Shown here: positions 26,001 to 38,000 of the stretch, piece by piece
Layout: each line of letters begins with the position of its first letter
Numbering within the stretch: the first letter of the stretch is position 1
Assembly (NCBI GenBank): GCA_036785375.1
Contig: JAWMAR010000451.1
Span: 1,178,001 to 1,242,000, forward strand
Length of the DNA stretch: 64,000 nt
Source of the DNA: Leucoraja ocellata
Taxonomy: Eukaryota
Reading direction: 5' to 3'
The notes under the pieces: model-generated
Told to the model about the DNA's origin: nothing
Databases searched by the model: none
Seen by the model: only the letters and a program-made list of their open reading frames with translations
Program-made: the position numbers and the translations under genes

Positions 26001-29000
26001 GATCATTGATGTACATGACAAACAACAGTGGACCCAACACAGATCCCTGTGGCACCCCACTAGTCACTGGCCTCCAACCTGACAAACAGCCATCCAACAT
26101 TACTCTCTGGCATCTCCCATTCAGCCACTGTTGAATCCATCTTGCTACTCCACCATTAATACCCAACAATTGAATCTTCTTAACCAACCTTCCACGAGGA
26201 ACCTTGTCAAAGACCTTTTGAAGTCCATATATACAACATCCACTGCTTTACCCTCATAAATTTCCCGAGTAACCTCTTCAAAAAATTCAAGAAGATTAGT
26301 CAAATATGACCTTCCAGGCACAAGTCCATGTTGACTGTTCCTAATCAGACCCTGTTTATCCAGATGCTTATATATATTATCTCTAAGTATCCTTTCCATT
26401 AATTTGCCCACCACTGACGTCAAACTAACAGGTCTATAATTGCTAGGTTTACTCTTAGAACGCTTTTTAAACAATGGCACGACATGCGCAGTACGCCAAT
26501 CCTCTGGCACTATTCCCGTTTCTAATGACATTTGGAATATTTCTGTCATAGCCCCTGCTATTTCTACACTAACTTCTCTCAATGTCCTAGAGAATATCCT
26601 GTCTGGACCTGGAGACTTATCCACTTTTATATTTCTCAAAAGTGTCAGTACTTCCACTTCTTTGAATCTCATAGTTTCCATAGCTAATCTACTTGTTTCC
26701 CTTACTTCACATGATTCAATATCCTTCTCCTTGGTGAATACCGAAGAAAATAAATTGTTCAATATCTCCCCCATCTCTTTTGGCTCTGCAGATAGCTGTC
26801 CACTCCGACTCTCTAATGGACCAATTTTATCCCTCGTTATCCTTTTGCTATTAATATAGCTGTAGAAACCCTTTGGATTTACTTTCACCTTACTAGCCAA
26901 AGCAACCTCATATCTTCTTTTAGCTTTTCTAATTTATTTCTTAAGATTCTTTTTACATTATTTACACTCCTCAAGCACCTCATTTACTCCATGCTGCCTA
27001 TAATTATTGTAGATCTCTCTCTATTTCCGAACCATAATATAATAATAATAATAATCTTTATTTATATAGCACTTTTCAACAAAACCAGTATTTGAACCAA
27101 AGTGCTTTACAGAGTTTGATTAAATTAATAGAACAGACTAAATGTCAATATATCCATACAAAACAAAAAAGGGAAAAAAGAAAAAAAGACACAGAACAGT
27201 ACACTATAGAAATCAACATGAAACGTCCCCCCACAGCAGAATTCACTGTGAGGGAAGGCACTAAAAATATCCAGTTCTCCCCCTCATAGTCCACCCGAGG
27301 TCGGGGTCTATATGTGGCCTCCTCAGCCAACTCGATGTTCTCAGGCCCTCTGCCGCGAAGCTGGATCATCGGCGTCGGGTGAACATTCTTCAGCGGCCTG
27401 CACTGAAGCGGCCGCTTCCTCCCTGAAGACTGCAATGTCCAAAGTTCTCAGGCCACGCTGGCCGGACCTCTGACACTGGCGAACTCGGACACCAGGCCCC
27501 GCGGTGTTGAAATCCTGGGCCGCCCGCCCGCGGCTGGACGCTCTGCAGCCGTAGCTCAGCGATGTTGCAGTCGGCGTTCCCTGTGCCCCAGAGCTTACCC
27601 GAAGGCGATCCGGTAAGCCATCACCCGCTCCGTTTTGGTGTTGGTGTCCCAGCATCTGCACCGCCGGCGAAGCTGTAATCCCGGCAGGAAATCGTCGCTC
27701 CAGCGCTGCTCCAGCTCGATGGTAGGCCGCACAGAGAGGACGAAGAAGCGGTTCGGAAGAAAACCGCATCTCCGACCAGGTAGGACTGGGATTTAAACAG
27801 TTTCCCCTTCCCCCCCCCCCCACCCACCACATAAAAGAAGACTTCCAATTAAAAGTTCCCACGGACAGAACTAAAAATAAAAATAAAAAAGGGAGAAAGG
27901 ACGGACTGCAGGAGGAGCAGCCATACACAACGGCGCATCACCCCCACAGTCCGCCATCTTAAAGAGAAAAAGAAGACGAAAAAATAAATTAAAAATAACA
28001 AAATTGTGGACATAGATCCAGGAGATGTTAAGTGCAACTATTCATCCAATCCCAAACTCAGGCTTCAACGCTGACCTTGTGTTAAACCAATTCAACTTTT
28101 CAAGAATTCAATAAATGGAGACCATATTCTAACAAATAATTCTGGTTTGTCAATTAAGACAAATCTTATTTTTTCCAAATGTAAGGACTCAGTCATTTCC
28201 GTAATCCACATTTTAATTGTGGGGGCTGCTGGTTTTTTCCAAAATTTAAGTATTAATTTTTTCAGTTATTAGGCTGTAATCAAGAGAGTGTCTCTGACTT
28301 ATCATAAAGTTTGTTCTATGTCCAATTTCCCTTGAAAACCATGGCTCTTTCCAATTTTTACTATTTCCTTTCAACCGAACAGGAACATAAAGATTCTGTA
28401 CTCTTAAAATTTCACCTTTAAATGTCCTCCATTTCTCTTCCACATCTCTCCCATAAAACAAAATGTCCCAATTTAGTCCTTTTAAATCCTTTCGCATCTT
28501 CTCAAAGTTAGCCTTTCTCCAATCAAAAATCTCAACCCTAGGTCCAGTTCTGACCCTCTCCATAATTATATTGAAACTAATGGTATTGTGATCACTGGAC
28601 CCGAACTGTTCCCCAACGCATACCTCTGCCACCTGACCCATCTCATTTCCTAACAGGAGGTCCAGCACCGCCCCTTCTCTAGTCGGTACCTCTATGTATT
28701 GCTGCAAAAAACTATCCTGCACACATTTTACAAACTCCAAACCATCCAGCCCATTTACAGAATGTGTTTCCCAGTCTATGTGTGGAAAATGGAAATCTCC
28801 CACAATCACTACCTTGTGCTTACTACTAATATCTGCGATCTCCTTACATATTTGCTCTTCCAATTCTCGCTCCTCATTTGGCGGTCTATAATACACCCCT
28901 ATAAGTGTTGCTACCCTTTTCCCATTTCTCAATTCCACCCAAATAGCCTCCCTAGACGAGCCCTCTAATCTATCCTGCCAAAGCACTGCTGTAATATCTT

Positions 29001-32000
29001 CCCTGATAAGCAATGCAACACCTCCACCTCTTGCTCCTCCAATTCTATCACACCTGAAGCAATGAAATCCTGGAATATTTAGTTTCCAATCACAGCCCTC
29101 CTGCAACCATGTTTCACTGATCGCCACAACATCATACTTCCAGGTGTCAATCCAGGCTCTAAGTTCATCCACCTTTCTTACAATGCTCCTAGCATTAAAA
29201 TATACACATTTAAGAAACCCACCCTCTCTTATTCTCTGTTTATTGTCTTTTTCTTCTTTCTCCCCTACATTTTGGGTCAGAGTGCTACCATTCTCTGCCT
29301 CCTGCCTCACACACTGACTGGTAGCTTTACCAATTTGAGTCCCTCCCCCCAACCGTTCTAGTTTAAAGTCTCCCCAGTAGCCTTTGCAAATCTCCCCGCC
29401 AGGATATTGGTCCCCCTCGAGTTCAAGTGCAACCCGTCCTTTCTGTACAGGTCGCACCTTCCCCAAAAGAAGTCCCAATGATCCAGAAACTTGAATCCAT
29501 ACCCACTGCACCAGTCCCTCATCCACGCATTTATCCTCCATCTCGCTCCATTCCTACTCTCACTGTCGCGTGGCACAGGCAGTAATCCTGAGATTGTTAC
29601 CTTTGCAGTCCTTCTCCTTAACTCTCTACCTAACTCCCTAAATTCTTCTTTCAGGACCTCTTCTCTTTTTCTACCCATGTCATTGGTAGCTATATGTACC
29701 ACAACCTCAGGCTCCTCTCTCTCCCATTTCAGGATATCTTGGACGCGATAAGAGGGAAGTCTTTTAGGGCCGAGATGAGGAAATCATTTTTTACACAGAG
29801 AGTGGTGAATCTGTGGAATTCTCTGCCACAGAAGGTAGTTGAGGCCAGTTCATTGGCTATATTTAAGAGGGAGTTAGATGTGGGCCTTGTGGCTAAAGGG
29901 ATCAGGGGGCATGGAGAGAAGGCAGGTACAGGATACTGAGTTGGATGATCAGCCATGATCATATTGAATGGCGTTGCAGGCTCGAAGGGCCGAATGGCCT
30001 ACTCCTGCACCTATTTTCTGTGTTTCTATGTTTCCATGTAATAAATGTGAGTTTTTACTTCTTCATGGAAAATTGTATTACAATGTGAACAAGTACGCTG
30101 ATGTGCACTTTATTGTTGTGTGCATGTTACTGTTGTGACATGGAATATACTTACAATACAATTCAATACAATATTTATTTTCATTTGAACCTCTGTGAGG
30201 CTCAAACGAAACTCTGTTTCTACAGCCATACAAACAAAAAACGATTCCTACTAGACACACAACCAATTTAATTCACACAAACATCCATCACAGTGAATCT
30301 CCTCCTCACTGTGATGGAAAGCAAAGTCTTTTCTCTCCCCTGCTCTCCATTTTTCTCCTGATGTTGAAGCCCGATGTTGAATCCCCAGGCGGGCGATGGT
30401 ATGTCCCACGGCCATTTTAGGCCGCGCCGGGTGATGTACAGCCCCGCTCCGGGCCGTTCCAACCCCGCTGGAGAAGTCGCGTTGCGGGAGCTCCGGAAAG
30501 CGTTCTCCCACCCGGACCCACGAGCTCCCGATGTCCCAGTCCACCGGACCTGCGGCTGCAGTTGGATCCTCCGAGCTCCGGGGTCGGGCCGCAGCAGCGA
30601 GCCACCACCGCTCCCCATGCTCCGAGGCCGGCCAGCCACATGATGGGAAGTCCGCAGCTCCGCAGGCTCCGCGACTGGAGCCCCCAGGTCGTTCCGGTTG
30701 GAGGCCGCTCCACGGTGCTAGGCCCCAACGACAACGGAGAACCAACAGGGAAAAGTCGGGTCTCCCGTGCAGGGAAGAGATTTTTTAAAGTTTCCCCCTC
30801 CCCCCCCGCCCCCCCCCCCCCACATAAACACAGTTAAAAACAGTATAAAAAAACACAACAACTACATCTAACTAGACAAAAAAAATAAAAAAAGACAGAC
30901 AGGCTTAAGGGGCCGCTGCAACAGTGAGTCGCGCCGCCAACCGCTGCAGGAACTTCATGTTAATAAGACTGGAAAGAGGCATGTTTAACAAAACAGTACA
31001 GAAGAAAAAGCTTCTTAATTCAATTTCCTGTGGTGGCAATTTTGGGATGTGAGTGTTGATGCAATGTAGTCATTTATTGCCTCTCCCTTGCTACCCTTGA
31101 GCAGAGAGGTCTATCAATGCAATCTGTAGGATGAACGGTAAGTAGAGTTCCAAAATTTTCTCCCAGCAAAATTATGGCGTGCATTCAAATTCAGTGCTAC
31201 CTGGCTGAATCACTTGGACATGATTATGTTTCCAAGTACTGGTGGGTTTGTCCTTCCACATGGTGGAGACTGTGAGTTTGAAATACTTTATCAAATTATT
31301 GGTTAGGTTGCTGCAATACACCCTGTAGATTTCTATCTACCTGTGGTGACAGAGTGGTTAAATTAGGGGATAGGATGTCAATCAATTAGATTGTTGTGTC
31401 CTAAAAAGTGACCTCCGTAGACACTGTTATGGATGTGTTCATGCCAACTAATTGAGAGTGTTGCATCATATTCTTTACATAATGTTACAGTTGTACTTGG
31501 ATGTCATGTTACAATGGGAAGTCATGTTAGGTTAAGTTGTATTGGGATGTCATGTTTTATTTATACAAAACATTGCTTTGGCTGCATTAGGAGCAGCGTG
31601 TGCAGTTCTGGTCAATAGGAAAGATGTAATTACGCTAGAAAGGGTACAACAATGTTTCACAAGGGTGTTGCTTGGATTAGAGAGCGTGATAGCCTGGCTT
31701 TGTTTGCGTTGAAATGTAGGAGACAGACATGACATAATGAAGGTATATGAAATTATTAGAGACAGATACAGTAAATAGCTAGGGTCTGTTTCTCATGGTA
31801 GGGATGTTTAAAACTAGCGGATATAGGTTTAAGGTGAAAGGGAGGAGTTTTAAAGGGGATATGAGGCTGAAATGTTTCACACAATTGAATCACAGAAATG
31901 TTTCACACATCTGGAATGAACTATCAAAGGAGGTGGTGAAGCCAGGAACAATAACAACATACTGTATGAGAAGCATTTTGTTTGAATGAGCAGGGCAGAG

Positions 32001-35000
32001 AATGATATGGAATTAATGCATGCAAGTGGGATTAGTGTAGATGGGCATGATGGTCAGAATAGATGTCCATAGGGACTGTTTCTATGCTGTTTCTATGCTG
32101 CACCAGTCTATGACTATGACTCAATTATTTATGTCTTGTGGTCGGAGAGCCTTTGGAAGGTGGGAGGTTGGCTACCCAGAATACGCAACTCTGACCTTTC
32201 CAAATAGTCATTGCATTTATTTGTTTTTCACTGGTGGAAATTTGAATATGGTATTACCACTGAACATCAGATAGAGGTAGTTAAGCTGTCTTTAATGCAA
32301 TGGCATTGTATAACATAAGGAATATAGTAACCAATCACATGATGGTCCAACATGGATAATGTGTGAGTTTGGCTGTATGGATGCAAAATGATTCACTATC
32401 TGAAGATGCGAATGGACAGCCATTTTCACCGCCTCTGAAGTTCAACTCTTTTGTCCTTGCTTGAAGAAAGGCTGTGGTAAATTCAGGAGCTTAGTGGTCT
32501 TGAGAGAAAGAAAAATGCTACTTGGTAGTCTGTTAGCTACTGGATGGAGGCTGATTGAGCTATAATTGGTGGGTTAGTCGTATCCTGCTTGTTGGTAGGC
32601 ACAAAATGCTGGAGTATCTCAGCGGGACAGGCAGCATCCCTGCAAAGAAGGAATGGATGATGTTTCGTGTTGAGACCCTTCTTCAAACCTGCTTGTTGTT
32701 GGGCACTGGTATGGAGTTTGTGTATTTTGGCTTCAAGGGAGACATATGGTGTCAAACGCATACAATTTCATGTTGAACCTCTTCCAGCAGAACATTCAAA
32801 GAATCCTTACAACAGGCAGATATTCCGGAAATTCTCTAATCGCTATTTTATCCAAAGTTAACCACAACATTAAAAGGAATCAGCAGCCTTTTAAGAACTA
32901 CTACACAAATGAATCAGCAGCTATTTTGTTTTTGTATTGAGCTGCCCACAGCAATGCTATGGAAGCAATTCTATATTTCCCCACCTTTTACAGAACCTAA
33001 AACTAAGGATGAAGTCCTGTGACTGTAATTTGTTCCCAAATGCTACAGCACCGAGATTGAATTTATTGAATGATGCTGCATTAATTTACAGTAAAAACAG
33101 ACCAGAAATCTCGGCTTTATTTAAAATGTAAAACTCATTACAATAAAAGGTTTTATTGTATTTTGAAAGATTTGTTGATGGTATTAACATTTAGTTCTCT
33201 TACCAATGAATAGAATTGGGGATCTATTAAAGAAGGACTAAAGAATGCTCAGATTCAGGAGTTCTTTGAATCCTTGGACAACTTTGTTGGCAATTTGACC
33301 ACAGCCAGGAAAAATATGGAAAGGCAAATTATTCTTGCAGAGGTTACCACAGCCTACAACATTGATGATCTGCATAGTCCCTCAGACTATTTGATTGCAG
33401 GTATCCTTTCTTTATTTATAATTGTTGTAGCTTTAAGCATTCCACTGAATTGTTCCAATCATTTTATTTTTATGATTTATTGTTATAAACTATAAATGCA
33501 GATATGCTATGTTTCTTTAGGTATGCCAAATTATTTAATAGTTCCCTACTTTGAAATAAATCTTATGTAATGCTATTAGTTGAAAATTAATATATGCTGA
33601 AAATTAATATATGGAACCTGAAAATCTATGGGCCAGTTGATACATTTCTATCATCTGTCAGCTTACGAAGCCAGAAATTCTGCTGGTTAACCACAGTTGT
33701 GGAGAGATGACAAGAGCCCAAGAACTATCTGCTATGCTATTCAATAAAATAAAGGGCGATCCTTTAGCTACGTGCTGGTCTCCCACACTAATGGCCCTGT
33801 CTCACGGTGCGAGTCCACCCTCGAGTAATCCCGAGTTTAAAACAAATCAAAACTCACGGTAATCACGTAGAATTAACGTAGCGGGAACGTCGGAACTCGT
33901 AACGCTAACGGCAGGTTCTCGGGAAACTTGTTAACTCGTGAAAATCTTTCAACATGATGAAAGATTTCCACGAGTCAAATTTACTCTTGAAATAAAAATG
34001 TTTAACTTTTAAACTCGTTGTAAGAACGTAGTAGCCCGTGAGTTTACTGTAGCGACTCGTGAGTCTACTGTGGGCACTCTTTAACTCACCGGACAGTTTA
34101 ACTGCCCGTTCTTGTGTATGACATTATTTTTATCCGTGGCAGTTGATTGTCACTCCCTTCAGTTTCCCAGGGGGTCGGGACGGGACTGAAGTTGGGAGGG
34201 AAACGTGGGGGGAGAGGGGGGGGGGGGGGGGGTTGGGGTGACTTAGTATGGGAGACAAGTGTAGGAGAGATGTACTGACTGTGTGGGCAGACACTTTGGT
34301 AGTGATTGCCCATGGGTTTCACTGTCAAGGACTTCATAATGAGTAATATGACAGTCAGTCGGCTTTAAAAAATCTTTAACCGCGCATGCGCATATTGTTC
34401 TCCTCTCCGTAAAAATAAAAATAAATAAAGTAACAATTCAATTTGCGCAAGGCTTCCAAATCTCCTTCTTTCTGAATTACTGAATGGGTAGGGGGGTGGA
34501 GCGTGACGGCAGGTGGAAAGATGGTGGGAAAAACGGGAGCACACCGGGACAAGTTGAATCAGTTGTCATCTTATTGAATGACTATACTGGTTCAAGGGAC
34601 CAATTGGGGGGAGAGTTCCTTTCACAGCATGTGGGGAGTCTAGCCAGGGGTAAAGTTGTGGGTTGGGAAGGAGCGTTGAGAAGGAGGGGGTCGGGGTTCA
34701 TGCCAGTAACCCACTCACTCACAGCTGTCGCGACGCTCCGGGCACGGAGCCACCATATTTTGGCCGGGAGGGAAGTAGCTCGCGTGGCTATGAGTGGCCG
34801 CCATCACAGGACAGCGGAACAGATTGCCATCTCAGCGTCTTCTGCCGGCCCGTTCACCTCTGGCAGTGCTCTCCGTCTGGACAGTGAGTGGACCAGCTCA
34901 AGAGCAAAGATCATAGAACGGAGCGGGCCAGCGGGTGATGGATAACATCACAGCGGGCGGTGGAGCTTACTCCTGTGTCAGCCCAAACAAGGGATCAATT

Positions 35001-38000
35001 GAGGTTACTCGCACTGACATATGGAGTAAGCTCTACAGCCCGCTGTCCTGTTATCCATGCCCGCTGACCCGCTCTTGAGCTGGATGCTGGCATGATCCCT
35101 GACCGCCTCCTTCTCAATGCTCCTGCCCTCCCTGCAACTTTACCCCTGGACAGACTACCCACAGGCTGTGAAAGGAACTGTTTCCCCCCCACCCCCAGCA
35201 GCGCTGTCCTTTTACAGCCGCTTCCCACTTTACAGCTGCTTCCCATCAGCAGCTGGCAATGAGGGATAGACTCGGCTATCCCTCAGTACAGCAACATTGT
35301 TCTTGATGTTGCTGTACTGAGGGATAACAAAGTCTATCTTTCTTGGCTAACAACCTAACCTTCGGCCTCCAAGATTCAGGTACACCGGTTCCGGTGTCTG
35401 GTCCCGGCGGACACTCGCAGACACCCGAACTACTTCCCTCCCCGGGCCAGACTCCCCACACGCTATGAAAGGAACACTTCCCCCCCCCCCCCCCCCCCCC
35501 CCCCAGTGGCCTTTTACAGCCGCTTCCCACTTTACAGCCGCTTCTAATCAACTGCCAGCAATGAGAGATAGCCAAGCCTATCTTTCTTTCTTGGCTAACA
35601 ACCTAACTTTCGGCCTCCAAGACGCAGGTAAATTTACGTGCCTTATTTTTGGGTAAAAAATAGCGTCTTCATTGCTGGGAAATACGGTACATAAAATTAT
35701 GAGAAGGATAAACTGGGTTGATTGTCTTTCCCCCAATGTTAAATACTGGAGCACATACCTTTAAAGTGAGTGGAGGAACGGTTAAAGGGGATTAACAAGG
35801 AAGTTTATTCAATTAGTATATTTATGACAGAGATTGATAGATTTTTGGATATTAAGAGAATCCATGATCAAGAGTCAAGAGAGTTTAATTGTCATATGTA
35901 CTGATCAGAACAGTGATATTCATACTTGCTGCAGCATGATAGTTCTATAAGCATGGTGCTCAATAGATAACATAATAAAATCAAAAAAATATTAAATAAC
36001 GGGAAAAAACAATATGAGTGTAAAACAAAACAAAAGGTCCCAAAGTTCTTTGTGCAACCAAGCCAGTTTGTAGTTTAATTGGTATTTGTACTGTTCAATA
36101 GCCTGAAGGTTTCAAGAGAGAGTTAGATTTAGCTCTTCGGGCTGAAGGAATCATGGGATATGGGGAAAAATGCAGGAACGGGGTACTGATTTTAGATGAT
36201 CAGCCATGATCATATTGAATGGCAGTGCTGACTTGAACGGCCAAATGGCCTACCCCTGCACCTATTTTTCTATGTTTCTCAGGTTGTTGGGAAGAAGCTG
36301 CTCCTGAACCTGGAGGTCATTTTTTTCATACCCCTATACGTTCTTTCCGATGGCAGTGCCTCATGGATGGTGTGGTAGTCAGTACCCGTGATGGACCAGG
36401 CAGTGTCCATCAGTTTCCTGGATGTTCGAGTTGGATGCTCTACACCGTACACCTGTAGTAGTTCTAGAGGGTATTCATTGGTATACCAAATCTCCTCAAT
36501 CTTCCAAGGAAGTAGAGGTATTGGTGGGCTTTCTTTACGATAGTGTCATTAAGCTCAAACACCAGCCAAGCTTTTTTAGGATGGCAGAGCTGGCACGAAA
36601 AAAAAGAATGGCCTAATTCTTTTTACTTTGTTCATATATTTTAGTCAATTCCTTGATTAAGTCATAAGCAAAATAAGTTCTTCACTTTTTAACAGGTTTA
36701 CAAAGTTCATTAATTACTGGATCAAAATATTATTTGAATAAATTAAATTCAATAGAGATTACTTTTTAACTCCTAGCTAACAACACTGAATGTGTGGAGC
36801 AACTTGAGGGAGTGTTAATGTCATGGTGTAAACAAATTGAACAAGTCTTAGCTGAAAGTGAGCAAATGAGAAAAGAGGCAGATGACATTGGGCCCTCAGC
36901 AGAATTGGATCATTGGAAGATGAAAATGGCAAAGTTTAATAGGTATGTTCTGATATAGTTTCAGCTCATTGTGCAATTTATTTAATTGATTGTCTTTACC
37001 TGTATGTCAATTGACATTGGTTTGAAAAATAGGACTGAAAATTATGGAGAAAATATAGACAAAAATACATCAGATATACTTTATTGCTTTGAGTGCTGGT
37101 GTCATATGTTATTGCATGTGCAGTTCTGAAGTGTGTTCCATGCCTTTTGCACACTGAGGATATCCATACATGTTAGTACATATAAACGTCTCTTTCAATG
37201 TTGTAATGGAGTATAAATCCTAATTTTAATATTGCTGTGAATGTTTTACCTAGAGGATGGAGAAATGGTTGTGGTTGGGAGGTCTGCTCCTATTTTTTTT
37301 TGTAATGGCCCCTCCCTTTCAATAATTGCATTTATTTGTTCTTGTGCCACACTTTGTTTGGGGTCTAATAAATGATATTTGTGGCACTTTTCTGACATGA
37401 TGGAAGTCTTAGGTTTTATGCAATATCCTTTCGAAAGCTGTTCATGCATGAGGCTGACTCTGTGGCACACCAAGAATGTGTCAAATTGTAGAAGCACAAA
37501 ACTCATCTTGGACTACTGCTAAAGATCAGCCAGATGCAGAGAAAAGCAGAAATTGGACTGTTTTTCATTGTGGTTCTAATCTAGTTGAAACCCTGGGGAT
37601 TTCATTTTTGAACACAACTGGTGATAGATATTCCAGTGTTTTGTGGTTTTTATTTTGGCTGAATAAAGAAATGCATTTTCTTTTTAACTTAGCTTTTTTT
37701 CTGCCGTGCAAATGTCACATACCTGCAATGGGAATTAAAGAACTGACATGCATCAACTGTTTCAGTTGACTTATGATGACATTCTGTTTCCTTGTTTCTA
37801 TTTTTTCTTTTACAAATCACACTCTGTGGATTGAGATATGATCCAATCAAATATATTTATATAAAAAGCAAGAGCTTTTGAATTATTTATGCAGCACCTC
37901 CAGTAGCGGGTTTAAAAAGCTTTTTTCAAGCTCTCGATTTTCAAGAAAATAAATTGCTGTTTCCACAGTAAAACCTTCTCTTTTATTCCTTTTGTTCTAT

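Larger units (their letters stand above)
25341..29746 (-). mobile_element. CR1 subfamily B, long copy: ORF1 SGNH-esterase C-terminus, ORF2 APE endonuclease and RT (disrupted)
   Basis: ORF 29358..29702 (TND, DGLHL), ORF 28246 (YFNARS, ISETW, SDH), ORFs 26145 and 25438 ([15 protein letters not shown]); (TTATATGG)n tail. Confidence 0.95.
24768..30040 (+). mobile_element. CR1 subfamily A host copy split into 24768-25340 and 29747-30040 by a nested insertion
   Basis: Sequence is colinear with 505-1404 across the break; GATAA duplicated at 25336-25340 and 29747-29751. Confidence 0.9.

Noticed and set aside
27341-27928. 195-aa ORF, and similar GC-rich ORFs at 30251-30837, 34484-34945 and 53277-54411
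   Set aside because: They lie inside GC-rich non-autonomous elements, are open in several frames and show no domain motifs.
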